A DNA stretch of 64,000 nucleotides, taken from an uncultured delta proteobacterium (GTDB lineage Bacteria > Desulfobacterota > Desulfobacteria > Desulfobacterales > JAFDCJ01). Under the pieces are notes generated by a model that worked only from the letters and a program-made list of their open reading frames with translations, made no database searches and was not told where the DNA came from. This document shows positions 1 to 13,502 of this stretch, piece by piece (positions within the stretch are counted from its first letter, which is position 1; each line of letters starts with the position of its first letter). The stretch is from positions 1-64,000 of the forward strand of contig CAVYNY010000033.1 of the NCBI GenBank assembly GCA_963769935.1, given 5' to 3'. A program made the position numbers and the translations under genes.

Positions 1-3000
1 CCAAAAGGCACTACAAACGCCGGGTTGCTGTCTGCGATAATATTGCCGAAAGCATCGTAATCTAATTTTCTTTACCACATTACCGGAAGAATCTGCAACC
101 ACTCTTAGAGATCCGACCTGGTCATAGGTCAGATAGTAGGTGACGCCTTCGGTTGTCATCGCCGGCGGCATGCGATCGTCGGCATATTCAAAGCGCATCA
201 ACAGGTTGTCGGCACCGTCATAAACCGCCAAAAGACGCGTTAATCCCTGCCAGAGGTATTTTTCGACGATAACGCCGTCGATCTTCTTGGCGATTCGCCT
301 GCTTAATGGGTCGTGAAGGTACTCGATAAATCGGCCGTCCGGCAAATCGACGCTTAGCAGCTCTCCGCGGGAGGAGTATGTGTAGCCGGTTATGTCACTG
401 CCGTCGGTTTTGGTGGTTAAAAAGCCGTCCAGATCATAGACGTACGTCACCGATCCGGCCGACAGCAGATGATCTTCATCGGAGTAGCTATAGGTTCTTC
501 CGGCAATCCCCCGCAGGGAGTTCATCTCATAGGTTCGGGTACCGTTTAAGTCATAGTGGTATTCTTCCACGAGGATGCTGTCTTTGGTTACCGTCAGCAG
601 GCGCCCCATGGTGTCATAGGTGTATCCATAATCGGAAGTCGTTCCGGCCACGGTCTCCGTCTTGTCGGTAATTCGGCCGTTATCGTCCCGGATCAACGAC
701 CAGGAGGCAACATTTTGGCTGTTGACGTTAATGGTTTGAGAATCCACCTCGCCATAGCCGTTGAAGGTGCGGGCAAGGTTCAATGCACCGCCGCTCACGG
801 ATTCGGGCAGCCCGTTATCCGCATTACGGGCGATGGTGAAGCTCCCCGCTCCCGCCAAAAGGCCATCATTGTCATAGCTATAGTTGACGGCAGCGCCTGC
901 GTAAGTGAAACCCGACACGTCAAAGTCGTGGTTGTAGGTGTAGCCCAACGACTGATTAAGGGTCCCGGTCTGCGTTTCGGATGTGACCAGTTTGCCGTCA
1001 TAGCCGTAAGTGATGGATTCGGACCCCTTGGTGATTGAATCAACCTTCTTGCTGCACAGATAGGTAAAATCGATATTGCCTTCCGGGGTTCTGATCTGCC
1101 GGAGTTTTGATTTGTCTTCCGGATTTGCCGGATCGGCATAGTCATTGATAATGGTTTTGCCCGAAGGAAAGTTGGTCTGAATCAATCGCCGGTCCCGGTC
1201 GTAAATGTAGCTGTAGCTGCCGCTCAATGGCGTCTGGTAGGAGCTGTTCAGATTTACATTATTAAATCCGAAACCATGGCTGACATCCAACGGATTGGTC
1301 AACACGGTCATGTTGCCGTTTTTATCATAGGCAAATCCGACAGACCCGCCATCCGGACGGCTGATGCCAATCACCCGCCCCACCGCATCGTAGCTGTAGG
1401 TGGTGGTTTGATTCTCCGGGTCGGTGACGGATTCAAGGAAGCCCTGCGCATTGTAGGTAGCCGTTGTTTGCCGGGTATTGGCTGTGATGGATGTCAGCCT
1501 TCCCCGGAGATCATACCCATAAACAGTATCAAAAAAGCCCGGCAGGCTGACGCGTTCGGTCAAAAGCGTATCGGGGTTATAGAGCGTTGTTATGGTGCGG
1601 CCCTCCGGAGAAGAAACGGTTATTTGGGATTGCAAGGTGTTCTTAGCAAATGTTGTGGTCTTGTTGTTGACTCTGACGGTTTCGGTGATCAGATCCGGTA
1701 TATCATCCGAGTCGGTATCCTGGTACGTCTTATTCAGCTGGACCACCTTGTGCAACCCGGATGGGGTGCTTTCGGTCATATCGCTTAACGTCTTGAACTT
1801 ATATTCCGGATCGACATCATAGATATATTCAATATCCATGCCGCAGGCCAGCGACTGATTGACCGTTAATCCGTCGCCGGATCTGCTGAACACACTTTGG
1901 CCGCCGGCAGAATCCGTAACATTGGACGTGTAGACACCGGAAAAATCCGTATTATCAACATAGGAAATGACATTATTTTCCGCCGTGGTCATTTCAACGC
2001 GGACATCCCCATTTTCATCCACTGTCCGGGTATAGTTCCAATGGCCGTCTTCGTCATCGCTCACATCGGTTAACCGGCCCCGGTCATCAAAGGCATGCAC
2101 AAACCGGTTTCCTTCCGGCTCGATCTCCAATGTCATCAGGCCGTCTGGCAGTGTACTCAAATTCATAGTAGCTCTGGTCGGCATAGGTTACCCGGGTGAG
2201 GCGGTTATGGGCATCGATGGTCAGCTCGGTTCGAATCCCATCCGCGGAAATCACTGCCGTCGGTACCCCATTGCCGTCACGCTCAATAGTAATAGGATTA
2301 CCGAATTGGTCGGTGATGGAGATCAGGTTGTTCTGTTCATCGTACCCGAACTCATAAAGCGCAATGCCGCTATCGATATCAATGGTTTTTTTATGAAGCC
2401 CGGTACTGGACATGATATAGCCGACCCCGCTCTCTTCCGCAAAGGCAATGTCTGCCGTATCCATGGCTTGTTGTATTACGGCGGCTGCCGGGTTAACCTT
2501 ACGGACGCGGTGGTAGTATAAATCCGCGATAAAAAGATTGCCGTCCGGATCCACCAGAACATCTTGAGGGCGGCCCATTCTGGCGTTGGTTGCAGCACCG
2601 CCATCGCCGGCATACCCATCACTATCGCTGGGGATACCCGCTACCGTGGTGATGATCCCATTGGGATCCACCTTGCGAACGCACCGTTTCCACCAATCAG
2701 CAAGGTAAAGGTTGCCTTCGGAGTCCAGGGTCACGGCGAATATGGAATTGAGATATGCCTGCGTTGCAAGGCTACCGTCTTCTGGTTCCAGATTCGACCC
2801 CCCGCCGGCAACCGTTGTTATGACGCCTGCCGGGTCTACCTTGCGGACTCGCCCCTGCTCTCCGATATACAAGTTACCCTCATCGTCTACAAAGACATCC
2901 TCAGGCTGATTCAATTGCGCGGCAATCGCAAGCCCTCCATCCCCTGCCGAGCCGTGTGAACCGTTTCCGGCTACTATCGTCACCAATCCGGATGGATCCC

Positions 3001-6000
3001 TTTTGACAACCTGATTACGTTCACTAATCGCAGCATAGATGTTACCTTGATTATCTACATGAATACCATTGTATAGTATTCCTCCCACCCCACATGTGCC
3101 TATCACATCGCTCTGAATTCCCTCAGGGGTTATCTTTTTTACGCAGCCACCATCACCGCTGACCAGAGATAGGTATCCGCTGTAATAAAGATTACCCTCC
3201 GTATCCGTGGCTAAATAACCGCCGTACATGTTCCTTGTGTAGAAGAGGTCTGCAAATTCGGTTACGGTTCCGCTGGGAGCCACCTTAAGAATGTAAGACC
3301 GCCAATATTGAAAACTTACCAGGTGGGAGCTGTAGATATACAGGTTTCCTTGAGAATCCATGGCCAACGCGCTTGGGGTCGGTATTTGCGCCTGAGTTGC
3401 AGGGCCCCCCATTCCTCCATAGTATGAGGAGTTACTGCCATTACCGGCATAGGTATCAATAACGGCGACATTATTTCTCGTAATGGTACCGTCTCCTTTG
3501 AAAAGAACGGAGGTATCCGTGGGACTGAGCCAATGATGAGAAGAAATCGACCAGCCCTCGGCCAGGGTCCCTTCACCCCGGGTAACGCTTACTTCTGAAT
3601 CTTGCCAGAGAACTACCGGCTGCCGGGCCGGAATCGTCAGCATGGCGGTTCCGGTTAACCCAAAGGCACGAGCCACATTGGGAGGAACCGTATAAAATCC
3701 GTTATAAACAAAACCGATTCGTATATGGCCTATCACCGTACCGGCTACGGGATTGCCCCAGTTATCCAGTCCATCCCATTCAATTTCTGCAATTTGGTTT
3801 GCTTCGGCCGGCAATTCAACCTCATAATTTTTCCCTGCGACATTGAGTTGGACGATTATTTTTACGAGGGTCTCAGGTACCGTATCCCCGCTGGCAGGTA
3901 TGGTGAAGACGCCGGGTTTATACCCCGCCACGCGATTGCTGGCATAATGAAGGGTCATCTCCGTCCCGGGAATATTAATGTCCTCGTGAAAAATACGACC
4001 GCGCTGCTCGATAAAAGACCCAAACTGACGTTTATCGCAAGGGCTGTCTCCGGCGGCCTGTCCGCCGCTTCCTGAACCCGTGCTCGCGGAGGAAGACTGG
4101 TCAGCAATGGCATTTCCTTTGGGATTCGGAGGACTCGATGGTTGCTCGGCTCTTGCTGAATAATTCCAGTCGCTCGGGGTAAAATGGGTAGTTGCAGCTC
4201 TCCAGAAAGTTGCTCCGGGTGCATATCGCTGGCTGTCGCTCAGCCCCTGCACTTCGTCGCTGTAGGACTGATCCCCGTTAAGGTCATCGGGCTGGCCGTT
4301 TCCATCGGCATCCAGAGCATCCACCGTTCCATCGGCGTCGGTATCTAAAAGCTGCACTACCAGGCCGTTGTCATCCGGTACCCAGACGCCTTTATCGCGG
4401 TCGTAGTATCCCACCGGTACAATCAAACCCACCGGCAACTCCAGAAAATTATCCACCCAGGCAATCACAGGTTTTTCAAACCGCACCCGCTCGGCCCCAT
4501 CCACACGAAGCTCCGTACAAAAGGTAAACGCTGATGTCGGCGGCAGCTTGGCCGGCATGGATTCCGGGGTGGTGTATTCGGTTGCCCTGATGGTGATAGT
4601 GTTTAATTGTTGGACATCGTTGCCGTTTTCATCGACCAGATAAGCCTGGTTGTCACCGGTAAGGACCATGGTAACCGCACGGGCTCCTGATGCATCGGCT
4701 ACTTCCGTGCTCTTGGCCGTGATCACGGTATCCGGGTTGCCGTCAAAAGTCATGGTGGTAGAAACCGGATCCTGGGCGATCATGACGACAGTGTCGACCA
4801 CAGCGGAGTCGTTCCATGGGACATACACCTTTCGATGGATGGGAATGAGTCCTTCCTTTTGGAAATTAACTGTCAGGCTTCCGCCGCCTTCGACGGGTAT
4901 GGAGTATTTTCCTTGCTCGTCTGTAACCACGGTACCATATTCCGGATGGCTGTGGATTGTAATTGATACCTCAGCAAGCGCAGCCCCAGCCGAATCACGC
5001 ACTTTGCCGGTAATTAACGCAAACCGTTTGGGGTCGTACTGGTCTACCGTAGCGTCCTGAGGCACCAGGTCTTCGTAGTTTTCACCGAATGATCCTTCCG
5101 GCTGAGGCTCCACAATGCCAAGAACGGATATTGTTACAGTTTTGCCGGTCGATCCCCCCGGGCCTGTAACCGTGAGGGTATAGGTGGTAGTGTGCACCGG
5201 GGTGACAGTAATCGAATCGTTCAAGGCCACACTGCCGATCCCGTTGTCAATGTGAGCACTTTGGCCGCCCGTGGTTGTCCAGGATAAATCCGTTGCCTGT
5301 CCTTCGTTAATGGTTGTTGATCCGGCATTGAAGTATACAACCGGTGGTGAGACAGGTCCGAGGGAGATGACCAGATCCACCGCAGAACCCTCTATCACAG
5401 ACGAACCTCCAGTTGGACTTTGGCTGATTACATGGTCGGAAAGTACGACGTCGCTGTCTGCAGTGCTGATATTGCCGACTGCCAGATCAGTCTCCAGAAT
5501 GGCAGATTGGGCCAAACTCAGATCCAGATTGACAACATCCGGAACCTTTACCTGACGTGGCAATGCGGTTATTTTTACCATATCAGGTTTGCTGTCCAGA
5601 CTGCCGTCATTAACAATCAGTTCAATCTCATAGACTCCGCTAGGATCTGCAATAAAAGTCGGCGCCGCTTGTGAAGGATCCGACAGCACGGCTGTGCTCC
5701 CCTCGGGGGCCGACTTCAAGGACCACTGAAAGCTCAGGGTATCGTTGTCCACATCGCCGGACCCACTGCCATTCAAGACAACTCGATCCAGTCGGGAAAC
5801 GGTCTGATCCGATCCGGCATCGGCGATGGGCGCATCGTTGACGGCAATGATGAAAAGGCTGATCGTTGCCGGGCTGCTGGTTAAAAGACCGTCGCCGGCG
5901 GTGAAGGAAAACGTGTCGGGACCGTGGTAATTTTGCTCCGGGGTGTAAATGAGATCCGGAGCACTGCCGCTGAGAGTCCCGTGAGAAGGTCCTGCATTGA

Positions 6001-7547
6001 TCTGATAAATCAATGGATCATTGTCCACATCCTGGGCGGTCAAGACTATGGAAATGGGTTCATCTTCAGCCAGCTCCCGGCTCTGAGGCCCGGCGACGGG
6101 TGCATCATTGATTGAAGCGATGGTAATCGTCACCAATCCGGTGTCAAAGCCGCCGTTTCCATCGCTGACCGTATAGCTGAAGCTGTCATGGCCATGATAG
6201 TTTAAAAACGGTATGTAGGTAAGCATACCTTCGCCGTTGTGCTCCACTATTCCCATCGATGCCTGTGTAAAATCGGAGATAGATAATACATCCCCATCGA
6301 CATCATCGTCGTTTGCCAGCACGTTGATTTCTGCTGAGCTATCTTCGCCGATAACGGCCGAGTCTGCCGTGGCCGTCGGCGCATCATTCATTGGAGCTAC
6401 GACGAAGGTGACGATCGCAGGCTGCGAGTCCCATGTTCCGTCATTGACCCGGAACTCCAGGGCGTCGATGCCGTTGTAATTGGGTGCCGGGGTGTAGGTC
6501 ACATCGGGAGGATCGCCGTCGAGGATGCCATGAGCGGGTTGTAATGTAACTTGATAAACTAAGGTATCCCCATCCACATCAGCGGCGCCCAGCACAACGG
6601 ATAGGGATGCATCCTCGTTCAGATTCACCGTTTGCGCTTCGGCGATCGGCGCATCATTCACCGGGAGTTACCGTGATGGCAACCAGGGCCGGCTCGGAGT
6701 CAGCTTTTCCGTCATTGGCTATAAATTCGAAAGAATCGGTCTGGTCGAAGTTTTCATTAGGGGTGTAGGTGAGATGCGGAGCCTCTCCGGCAAGCGTGCC
6801 GTATAATGGCTGGGAGTAGACTTCAAAGCTCAGCAGATCGTTATCGGCGTCTGAACCTGATAGAACAATGGAAGTCGCCGTATCTTCAGAGGTGGTCAGC
6901 TCCTGGGGGACCGCCACCGGAGCACTGTTTTCAATGGCAATGGCAACGGTGGCGGTGACGGTTTGCCCGTCATTGCCGGCTGTAAGGGTGTAGGTGGTGG
7001 GAGTCATCGGGTCTACGGTTGTTGAACCAACAGGGTCCACACTTCCGATGTCCGGTGTAATCTCACAGGTTTCCGCATTTTGGGTCTGCCAAGTCAGCGT
7101 GCTGGATTGGCCGATTTTAATCAGCGGCGGTGTGGCGGTAAAGGATATGATTTCCGGTGCAAGGCTGCCCTTGTGTTTGATCGCCAGGGTGATCGAAGCC
7201 CCGGGGGTGCCTCTTGCAAAAACCAATATGTGATTGGTCGATTTCAGGTGGACATCTTTTTCAAACGTCAGCTCATCTCCGATTAAAAAGCGCCGCAGAC
7301 TGATAAGGTCCTGATTGAAAAAAATGAAGCCGCCTCTGATTTCCTGCTGCGGGGTATTTTTCGAAATTTCAATAACCCCGTCACCGCCGCTTTCCAGAGC
7401 AAAGGTGTGCCGGCTCAGATGAGTGTGCCACCGGCTGATGGTAAAATCCTGCGGGCCAAAAACTGTTGCCCCGTAACCGTCGGCAACCAGGGAAAAAAGG
7501 GCAATAACTAAAATGAAGGTGAATACGGCAGTGTGTTTTCCCGGCAT
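1..7547 (-). CDS. Giant secreted teneurin-like YD/RHS-repeat protein (signal peptide, tandem Ig/cadherin-like repeats, PKD, PASTA, carboxypeptidase-regulatory-like domain, NHL propeller, YD shell, RHS core); split by frameshifts, 3' end outside window
   Basis: ORFs 6654-7571 and 2087-6661 join by removing one C at ~6662 (ITVTPVNDAP). A further shift at ~2150 continues PDGLMTLEIEPEGNRF... to the window edge, where YYLTYDQVGSLRVVADSSGNVVKK and, after one more indel, YDAFGN..PFG form an RHS core. Repeated NDAP.A..Q motifs, VKVPDVV (PASTA) and NHL repeats (GNLYIAD). ATG 7547 follows GGAGGAGG. Confidence 0.85.
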
Positions 7548-8048
7548 GACGATTCCTCCTCCTCCAAGCACTTGGTTTCATTGATCAATAGCAGCAATTC
7601 GCCTTCACGGACAGCACACCAATCGCTGACGACAATCACCGACCGGATATTGCCTCAGCGGGCATATTAGCATGCAAAAATTTCAGGTCAACACAAAATT
7701 TGACTGTTTTTACAATAGTTTACATTATTTTACAGCATTTGACATTTAGCGGGTAAATTCGGAATTTGTCTTGGAAAAATCAAGTCGGATGTTATTCAGC
7801 AGCGGCGTGAAGGACTGGGATGCGGAAAATGTTCGCTTGATTCGCACCGAAAAAGCAATATTTTATCTTTTAAATAGTATGGCGCCGGCATCGATTTCGT
7901 ATGTCTGGGCGACGGAATAGATCGCGGCGCAAGGCCGCGGCCTGCGAAAAAATGCGGCCACGGCGATTTCCCATAACACCATCCGCGAACCGGTCGATCA
8001 CGATCGGCGGAGCGCGCAATCCTTATCAAACTGTGATTGGAGGAACAA

Positions 8049-8729
8049 ATGCCGATATCCATTCAATATATTACTTCACGGACTGTGTGCCTTGGCTTTG
8101 TCGTTCTCGCCCTGGCCTTTTCATCTGCCGCTGCCGGTGCAGACAACCCGCTGGTCGGACAGTGGGAGCCTGCGGCGAGTCAGCCGAACCAAGACGTCGC
8201 CCGCAATGTCGCACAACTCGGTCGAATGGAAATAACGACCACCCACTTGGCGGTCTTTGGAGAATCTCCCGTGGAATACGGGTATGAGCAGGACGGCCAG
8301 ATATTTCATATCAAAGTGAATGAGCCGAATGCCCAACCGATCGATTTAGTTCTGCGCGACCCAAACACCCTGTTGATGCGTTTGCCGAACAAGGTGGATA
8401 TCCTGTGGCAGCGCGCAGCGGCTGCCGCCGCGCAGGAACCGGCGGCCGAATCGCCTGCGAAGAACGAGTCAATCGGGTCGTCGGTGGCGCAAATGGGGTT
8501 CGAGATGATGGCGGGGATGATGCCGCATTCCGTGCCCACGCGCTACGAGGCGCTTAATGAGAGTCTGGAAGCGCTGCTCAATAACGGCTGGGCAATCACC
8601 CAAGCCTCCGGCGCCGGCAATGCCATGGCGCTGGTGCTGCGGCACGAAAAGCAGCATGTGGTCTGTTTTCTCATCGGGAATCCTCAGGACAGCCAGACCG
8701 GCAGGAGCGACTGTCGCCGAATAAACTGA
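8049..8729 (+). CDS. Hypothetical exported protein
   Basis: GGAGG RBS before ATG 8049; hydrophobic signal peptide ending AAAGA; two domains separated by an Ala/Glu/Pro linker. Confidence 0.65.
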   Translation: MPISIQYITSRTVCLGFVVLALAFSSAAAGADNPLVGQWEPAASQPNQDVARNVAQLGRMEITTTHLAVFGESPVEYGYEQDGQIFHIKVNEPNAQPIDLVLRDPNTLLMRLPNKVDILWQRAAAAAAQEPAAESPAKNESIGSSVAQMGFEMMAGMMPHSVPTRYEALNESLEALLNNGWAITQASGAGNAMALVLRHEKQHVVCFLIGNPQDSQTGRSDCRRIN

Positions 8730-8792
8730 CCCGGCGGCTATGCTCCGAATAAGGGAGTATAAGAACTGAAATGCACCAATTTGACCAACATT

Positions 8793-9578
8793 TTATTTCC
8801 GGCTGGTCCGGCTTAGGATTTGTTCGATAGCGCGCGATTCTACCCAGCCCCTTTTGCTGGGCGAAATCCGAATCAGTGACCAGCCGTCTTCAGTTCTCTC
8901 CCGATGGACCGTGGTGCCCTCGTGGAGTTTAAAGAGTACGGTGTCTTTAGCTTCCGGACCGGCCAGCACGTCGACGACCGGCGTCAGGATCACGGCACGC
9001 TGATCGGCTTTGAGCTGGTGCCATTTCACCCCCAGTGATGATCCGACCACCAGCCAGAAAATCAGCAGAACGATAAAGACATAGTAGGTCCACTCCGGCC
9101 GGTGGAAAATTCGCAGCACCAGAATACCCCAGAAAATAACATTCAGCAGCGCGAACGCCCACAGCAGCTCACGCAGCGTCATTGCATCCAGCCAGAAAAA
9201 AGCCTGATTGAGAAAATTCTGTGATGGAGAAACGGCATCCTGGGTTTGGTCGAGGGCGAAGCGCAGGTTAAAATTCAGATCGGCATCCCGTGGTATCAGC
9301 ACCTGCGCTCTTTTGTAGTTTAAGATTGCCTGTCCAAGCCGGCCCGAGCGCAAGTAGGCATTCGCAAGATTATAGTACAGATGTCCGTTGGCGAAGCCGT
9401 TTGCTATCAGCTGCTGATAGCTGTCGATGGCATTCTGATAACGGCCGTCTTTATAGGCCCGATTGGCTTCGAAAAAAAGCTCTTCAGCGGAGGGCGTTTC
9501 GGCAGCGAAACAACTTCCATTAAAAAAAAGAGTTGGAAGTATTAATATCGCTAAAATCAGAAAAACAGTAGTTCTCAT
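8793..9578 (-). CDS. batE: BatE-like TPR + TM + SH3 protein
   Basis: Signal peptide, TPR (ANRAYKDGRYQNA..LYYNLANAY), TM helices, SH3-like C-terminus (LFKLHEGTTV..GWV); last gene of the bat-type operon. Confidence 0.8.
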   Translation of the reverse strand: MRTTVFLILAILILPTLFFNGSCFAAETPSAEELFFEANRAYKDGRYQNAIDSYQQLIANGFANGHLYYNLANAYLRSGRLGQAILNYKRAQVLIPRDADLNFNLRFALDQTQDAVSPSQNFLNQAFFWLDAMTLRELLWAFALLNVIFWGILVLRIFHRPEWTYYVFIVLLIFWLVVGSSLGVKWHQLKADQRAVILTPVVDVLAGPEAKDTVLFKLHEGTTVHRERTEDGWSLIRISPSKRGWVESRAIEQILSRTSRK

Positions 9579-9669
9579 AATTTTGTTCGATATGCCCGGG
9601 ATTGTGTCGTAATCAGTGACGTCTTCTCATTCATCCGGTATCCGGTCTCTCGTAAGTTATATAGCTTCT

Positions 9670-11437
9670 TCACCGGCTCTCCTTTTCTATTTTTTTTACC
9701 AGCTGCACAAGATCTTCTTTAATAGAAACGACCTCATTTCCTTTGCCGCTGTATACGGCATTTTCGCAGCGCTGCAGACAGTCCTGCAACTTTTCCGCCG
9801 TGTCGGCGCCGACCCCGCCGGCCGTTAAAATCATGACGGCCTCCGCCGGTGTCAGCGAGCCGTAGGATAAACCGAAACGGTTGTTTAAATAATCTCTGAC
9901 TAATTCAAGCAGTTCGCCGGCGGCAAGACGGCCCCGGCCGTATTGCCGGTAGAATCGGCGGGCCGCCTTTTTGGCATTGATATCCGCCTGCCCGGCAGCG
10001 TTCGGCCGGCGCAGTTTAAACCCGCAAAGTGTCCCCAAGTAGATGATAAAGGGCAGGGCGAACATGGTCGTCAATAGCCAGCCCTCCAGTCGACGCCGTT
10101 TGGTTGACCTGAAATCCTGCATGACCGCATGGATGGGAAAAATATCACGCCCCAGCTCCTTGACGGCATGCTTGCCGGCACCCTCACCGGTGGTTGCGGC
10201 AGCGTCTGCTGCGGCAACCTCAATTTTTTCTTCTTTGCCGCGCAGGACGGCCAGGGTGTATCCGGATGATTTTAAAGTCTTATAGGCCTGCTTTTGGGTA
10301 TCAAAATAGCTGACGACGACCGGCGGGACTTCCAGACGGCCTTCTACTTCGGGTACCAGCGCCCACTTCATGGTTTTGGTGCCCCGCAATCCTTCAGAAT
10401 CCTGGGTCGATTCCAGAACCGGTTGGTCGGCATAGACTTTAATGTGATCCAATTCGGGGATTTTCAGATCCGGGATCCGGTTGACATTGCCCTGCCCGCT
10501 CACCGAAACGGTTAAGGTGGCCGACTCTCCTGTTTTTAAGCTGACCGGATCCAGTTTGGACCACATTTTAAAGCTTCCCACCAGGCCGCTGAAGTCCGGC
10601 GGTTTACCTGCTTCGGGCAGGGGGCGTACATCCAGCTGCAGCGCTGAACCGGCAACCGTCAGCGGCCGACCGGTTGTGAATGAGGAAAAGGGATCCTCAA
10701 AAAACGGGTTGCCCGAAAAACCGCGGCCGGATCGGCTGTGCGGTTCCAAAACGGTCATGCTCATCCTGGCCGGTTCGACCGCATAGGCACCCGGTTTGGA
10801 CGGCACAACGGCGTAGCGGACTTCCAGCACGTTGTATTCCCTGCCGCTTGCGGCTGCTGCGGTATTCCGCCGGTTTGGCGAGCTGCTTGAAAGAAAGGTT
10901 CTCGTTCTCGGGCATGTCCAGCCTGATGTCTCTCACGTTTTTGCGCAGATACAGCTTTAAGGTGTAAATGGCCTGCTCTTCCACATATATGGATGGTGTT
11001 GAAAGCTCGGCTTCCAGGAAGATGGGGCTGCCATCGTCGCCTTGATCCCCTGCGGGCCGGACAACCTGCAAGGTTGAGCGATTGCTGGTGTAGGTTTTAC
11101 CCCCTATCTGTACGCTGGCCGGACCGATTGTATAATTTCCGACTTTCTGCGGTTGAATAAAATAGGTGTATTCGGTCCCGGAACTCATTCGGCCGTTGAT
11201 GAATTCTATTCGACTGGAAGTCCCGCCCGGGCTGACGGCAAAATTTTCCAACCCTTGAATAACGGGTTCTGATTCTCTGTCGCGGCTGCCGGCCACACTG
11301 ACAACCAGCTGCACCGAATCCGTCAACCCGGCCTGCGGTCGATCCAATTTTAAACTCACCGAAATCTCGGCGTAGGCAAAACACGGTATTGTTAGAACAG
11401 AAAAAAGAAATATCAAGCAGAGGAAAATTTTTCTCAT
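9670..11437 (-). CDS. batD: BatD family protein (one frameshift near 10840)
   Basis: ORFs 10697-11437 and 9670-10830 overlap in different frames; BatD-type motifs (SSRIEFING, FSGLVGSF, SGQGN), C-terminal TM; operon position. Confidence 0.8.
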
Positions 11438-11599
11438 AGCTATTTTTATCTCCTCTGATTATTTTGCGAATTTTTATTTGAATCCATCAGAAAATTTCAA
11501 AAATTTTTATTAAATTTTTTTTGTCTAAAGTTAAACACCGTCAAATACAACCTACTTCGTTTTCACCCGGCAGCAGCGAAAGGGAAATCAAAAAAAAAA

Positions 11600-13502
11600 T
11601 TACCAGTCCTTGCCGGAAGCAACCCCCTGTCGCTGCTTCTTGGGAGGTTTGCAGCTGCATCAGGAGCGAGCGATCTTCCTGGATATTGTCCAGCAGCGCT
11701 TCAGCCTTTTTCTTTTCCATGGCGGACAGCGCCGTTGGCGATGTTTGTTCGTCCCCCTTTTCCGGTTGCAGGCCCTCGCGCGGTTTGAGTTCGCCGGCCA
11801 GCTCCTTCCGGTCTGCCGGCCCGGATTGCTGCTTGGCCCGGGATTGGTTGTTCCGGGTATCTTCAGCCGTCTTATTTTCTGCGCTTTTTGTCTCGGCCGA
11901 GTCGCTTGCCTTCTGCCGGTCGGAAGCCGGTTTGTTTTCAGCAGATTTATTCTCAGGCTGCGGGCTCTGATCTTTCTGTTTTTTATCGCCGGCCGATTTT
12001 TCCTGCGGCTGTCCGGTGTCCGATTGCTGTTGGTCGCCGGATTGCTTTTGGTCTCCCGATTGCCCCTTTTGCCGAGCCTTTTGTTTTTCCAGCTCCCGCA
12101 GGCCAAGCTCCAGATTATAGCGTGCGTCCTGGCTGGAAGAATCCAGCGCCAGCGCCTGTTTGTAGTTTCGGACGGCGGTTTGATAATCACCCTGTTGGTA
12201 GGCCGCGTTGCCCAGATTATAGGCCGCTTTGAAGCGGATCGCATTGTCTGTCGTGCGCCGCAACACACTGGCAAAGGCGGACGCCGCGGCCTGATAGTCA
12301 CCGTTTTGATAGGCAGCGCAGCCCCGATTGTAGCGATAGCGCAGGTCCTTGGGATGGTCCATGTCCGACTGCGCATAGGCCTTTTCGGCTTCGGTGAACC
12401 GCCCTTTGCGGTACAGCTCATCGGGCGGCTCCGCGGCAAACGTCCGTGCGGCAGCCGTCAGGCAGAGCGCCACAGCTGCCAGCATCAATAAGCCGGTGCC
12501 GGCCCTTGATCGAATTTTTTCATCGATAAATCCCTCTATCAGCAGGAACATGAATGCTGCCAGTACGAAGAAGGTAAAGCGTTCTTCATACACTTTGATC
12601 TTACCGCTTTTAAGCTCCCGGGCCCGGGTATGGGATTTGATGCCGTCAAAATAGAGGATATCCAGGTCCAGGTCACCGGCGACCGAACGCACGTAGGTCC
12701 CGCCGGTCAAAGAAGCGATCTGCTGTAATCCCTGCTCATTCAGCTTGGACAATATCAACTTGCCGGCGCTGTCTTTCTTAAAGCCGCCCTGCCCGCCGAT
12801 TTCAGGAACCGGCCCGCCGCCGGCATCGCCGATTCCAAAAACATAAATTTTGACGCCCTTGGCCGCCGCTTGACGGGCAGCTTCGAGACCGCGGTTTTCG
12901 TTATCCTCCCCGTCGGTGATCAGCAAAATGACTTTATCGGTGGCCTCTTTTTCATCAAAAGCGGACAGGCCCATTTCGATGGCCGCCCCCAGATCCGTGC
13001 CCGGCACCGGAATCAGATCGGGCTGAATCGCATTTAAAAACATTTCCAAAGCGGCGTAATCAAGGGTCAGCGGACACTGGATAAACGCCGCACCGGCAAA
13101 GGCCACCAGACCCACCCGGTCTCCCTGGACAATTTTTAAAAAATCCAGGATCTCGCGCCGGGCTCTCTCCAGCCGATTCGGGGCAATGTCTGCGACCAGC
13201 ATGCTGGGCGATACATCCACTAGAGCCATGATATCCACGCCCTTTTGGCTGACCTCTTCGTAATGGCTGCCCCACCGGGGACCGGCCAGTGCAAACAGCA
13301 GCAGGCCCAGCGCCATGAGCAGCAGCAAGGCTTTAAAAAATTTCCGCCCGCGGCTTTCGCCGGCCGTAAGCCGCACCAGCAGGTGGGCGTCGGCAAACCT
13401 CTCCAGCGCCCTTTTCTTTTTGCGGCTGGCAAAAATCAATGCCACGGCCGCCAGGGGCAGCAGCCAGAGCAGGTTCAGCATCCAGAGATGGGACAATATC
13501 AT
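11600..13502 (-). CDS. batB: BatB-BatC fusion: vWA domain + TPR + Gln/Lys-rich tail
   Basis: ALAGPRWG, MIDAS DVSPSM, LITDGED, then TPRs (AAYNLGNAAYQQGDY) and a Q/K/S-rich linker. The alternative frame ends SGKDW* at 11600, the usual BatC-type end, implying a late frameshift. Confidence 0.8.
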
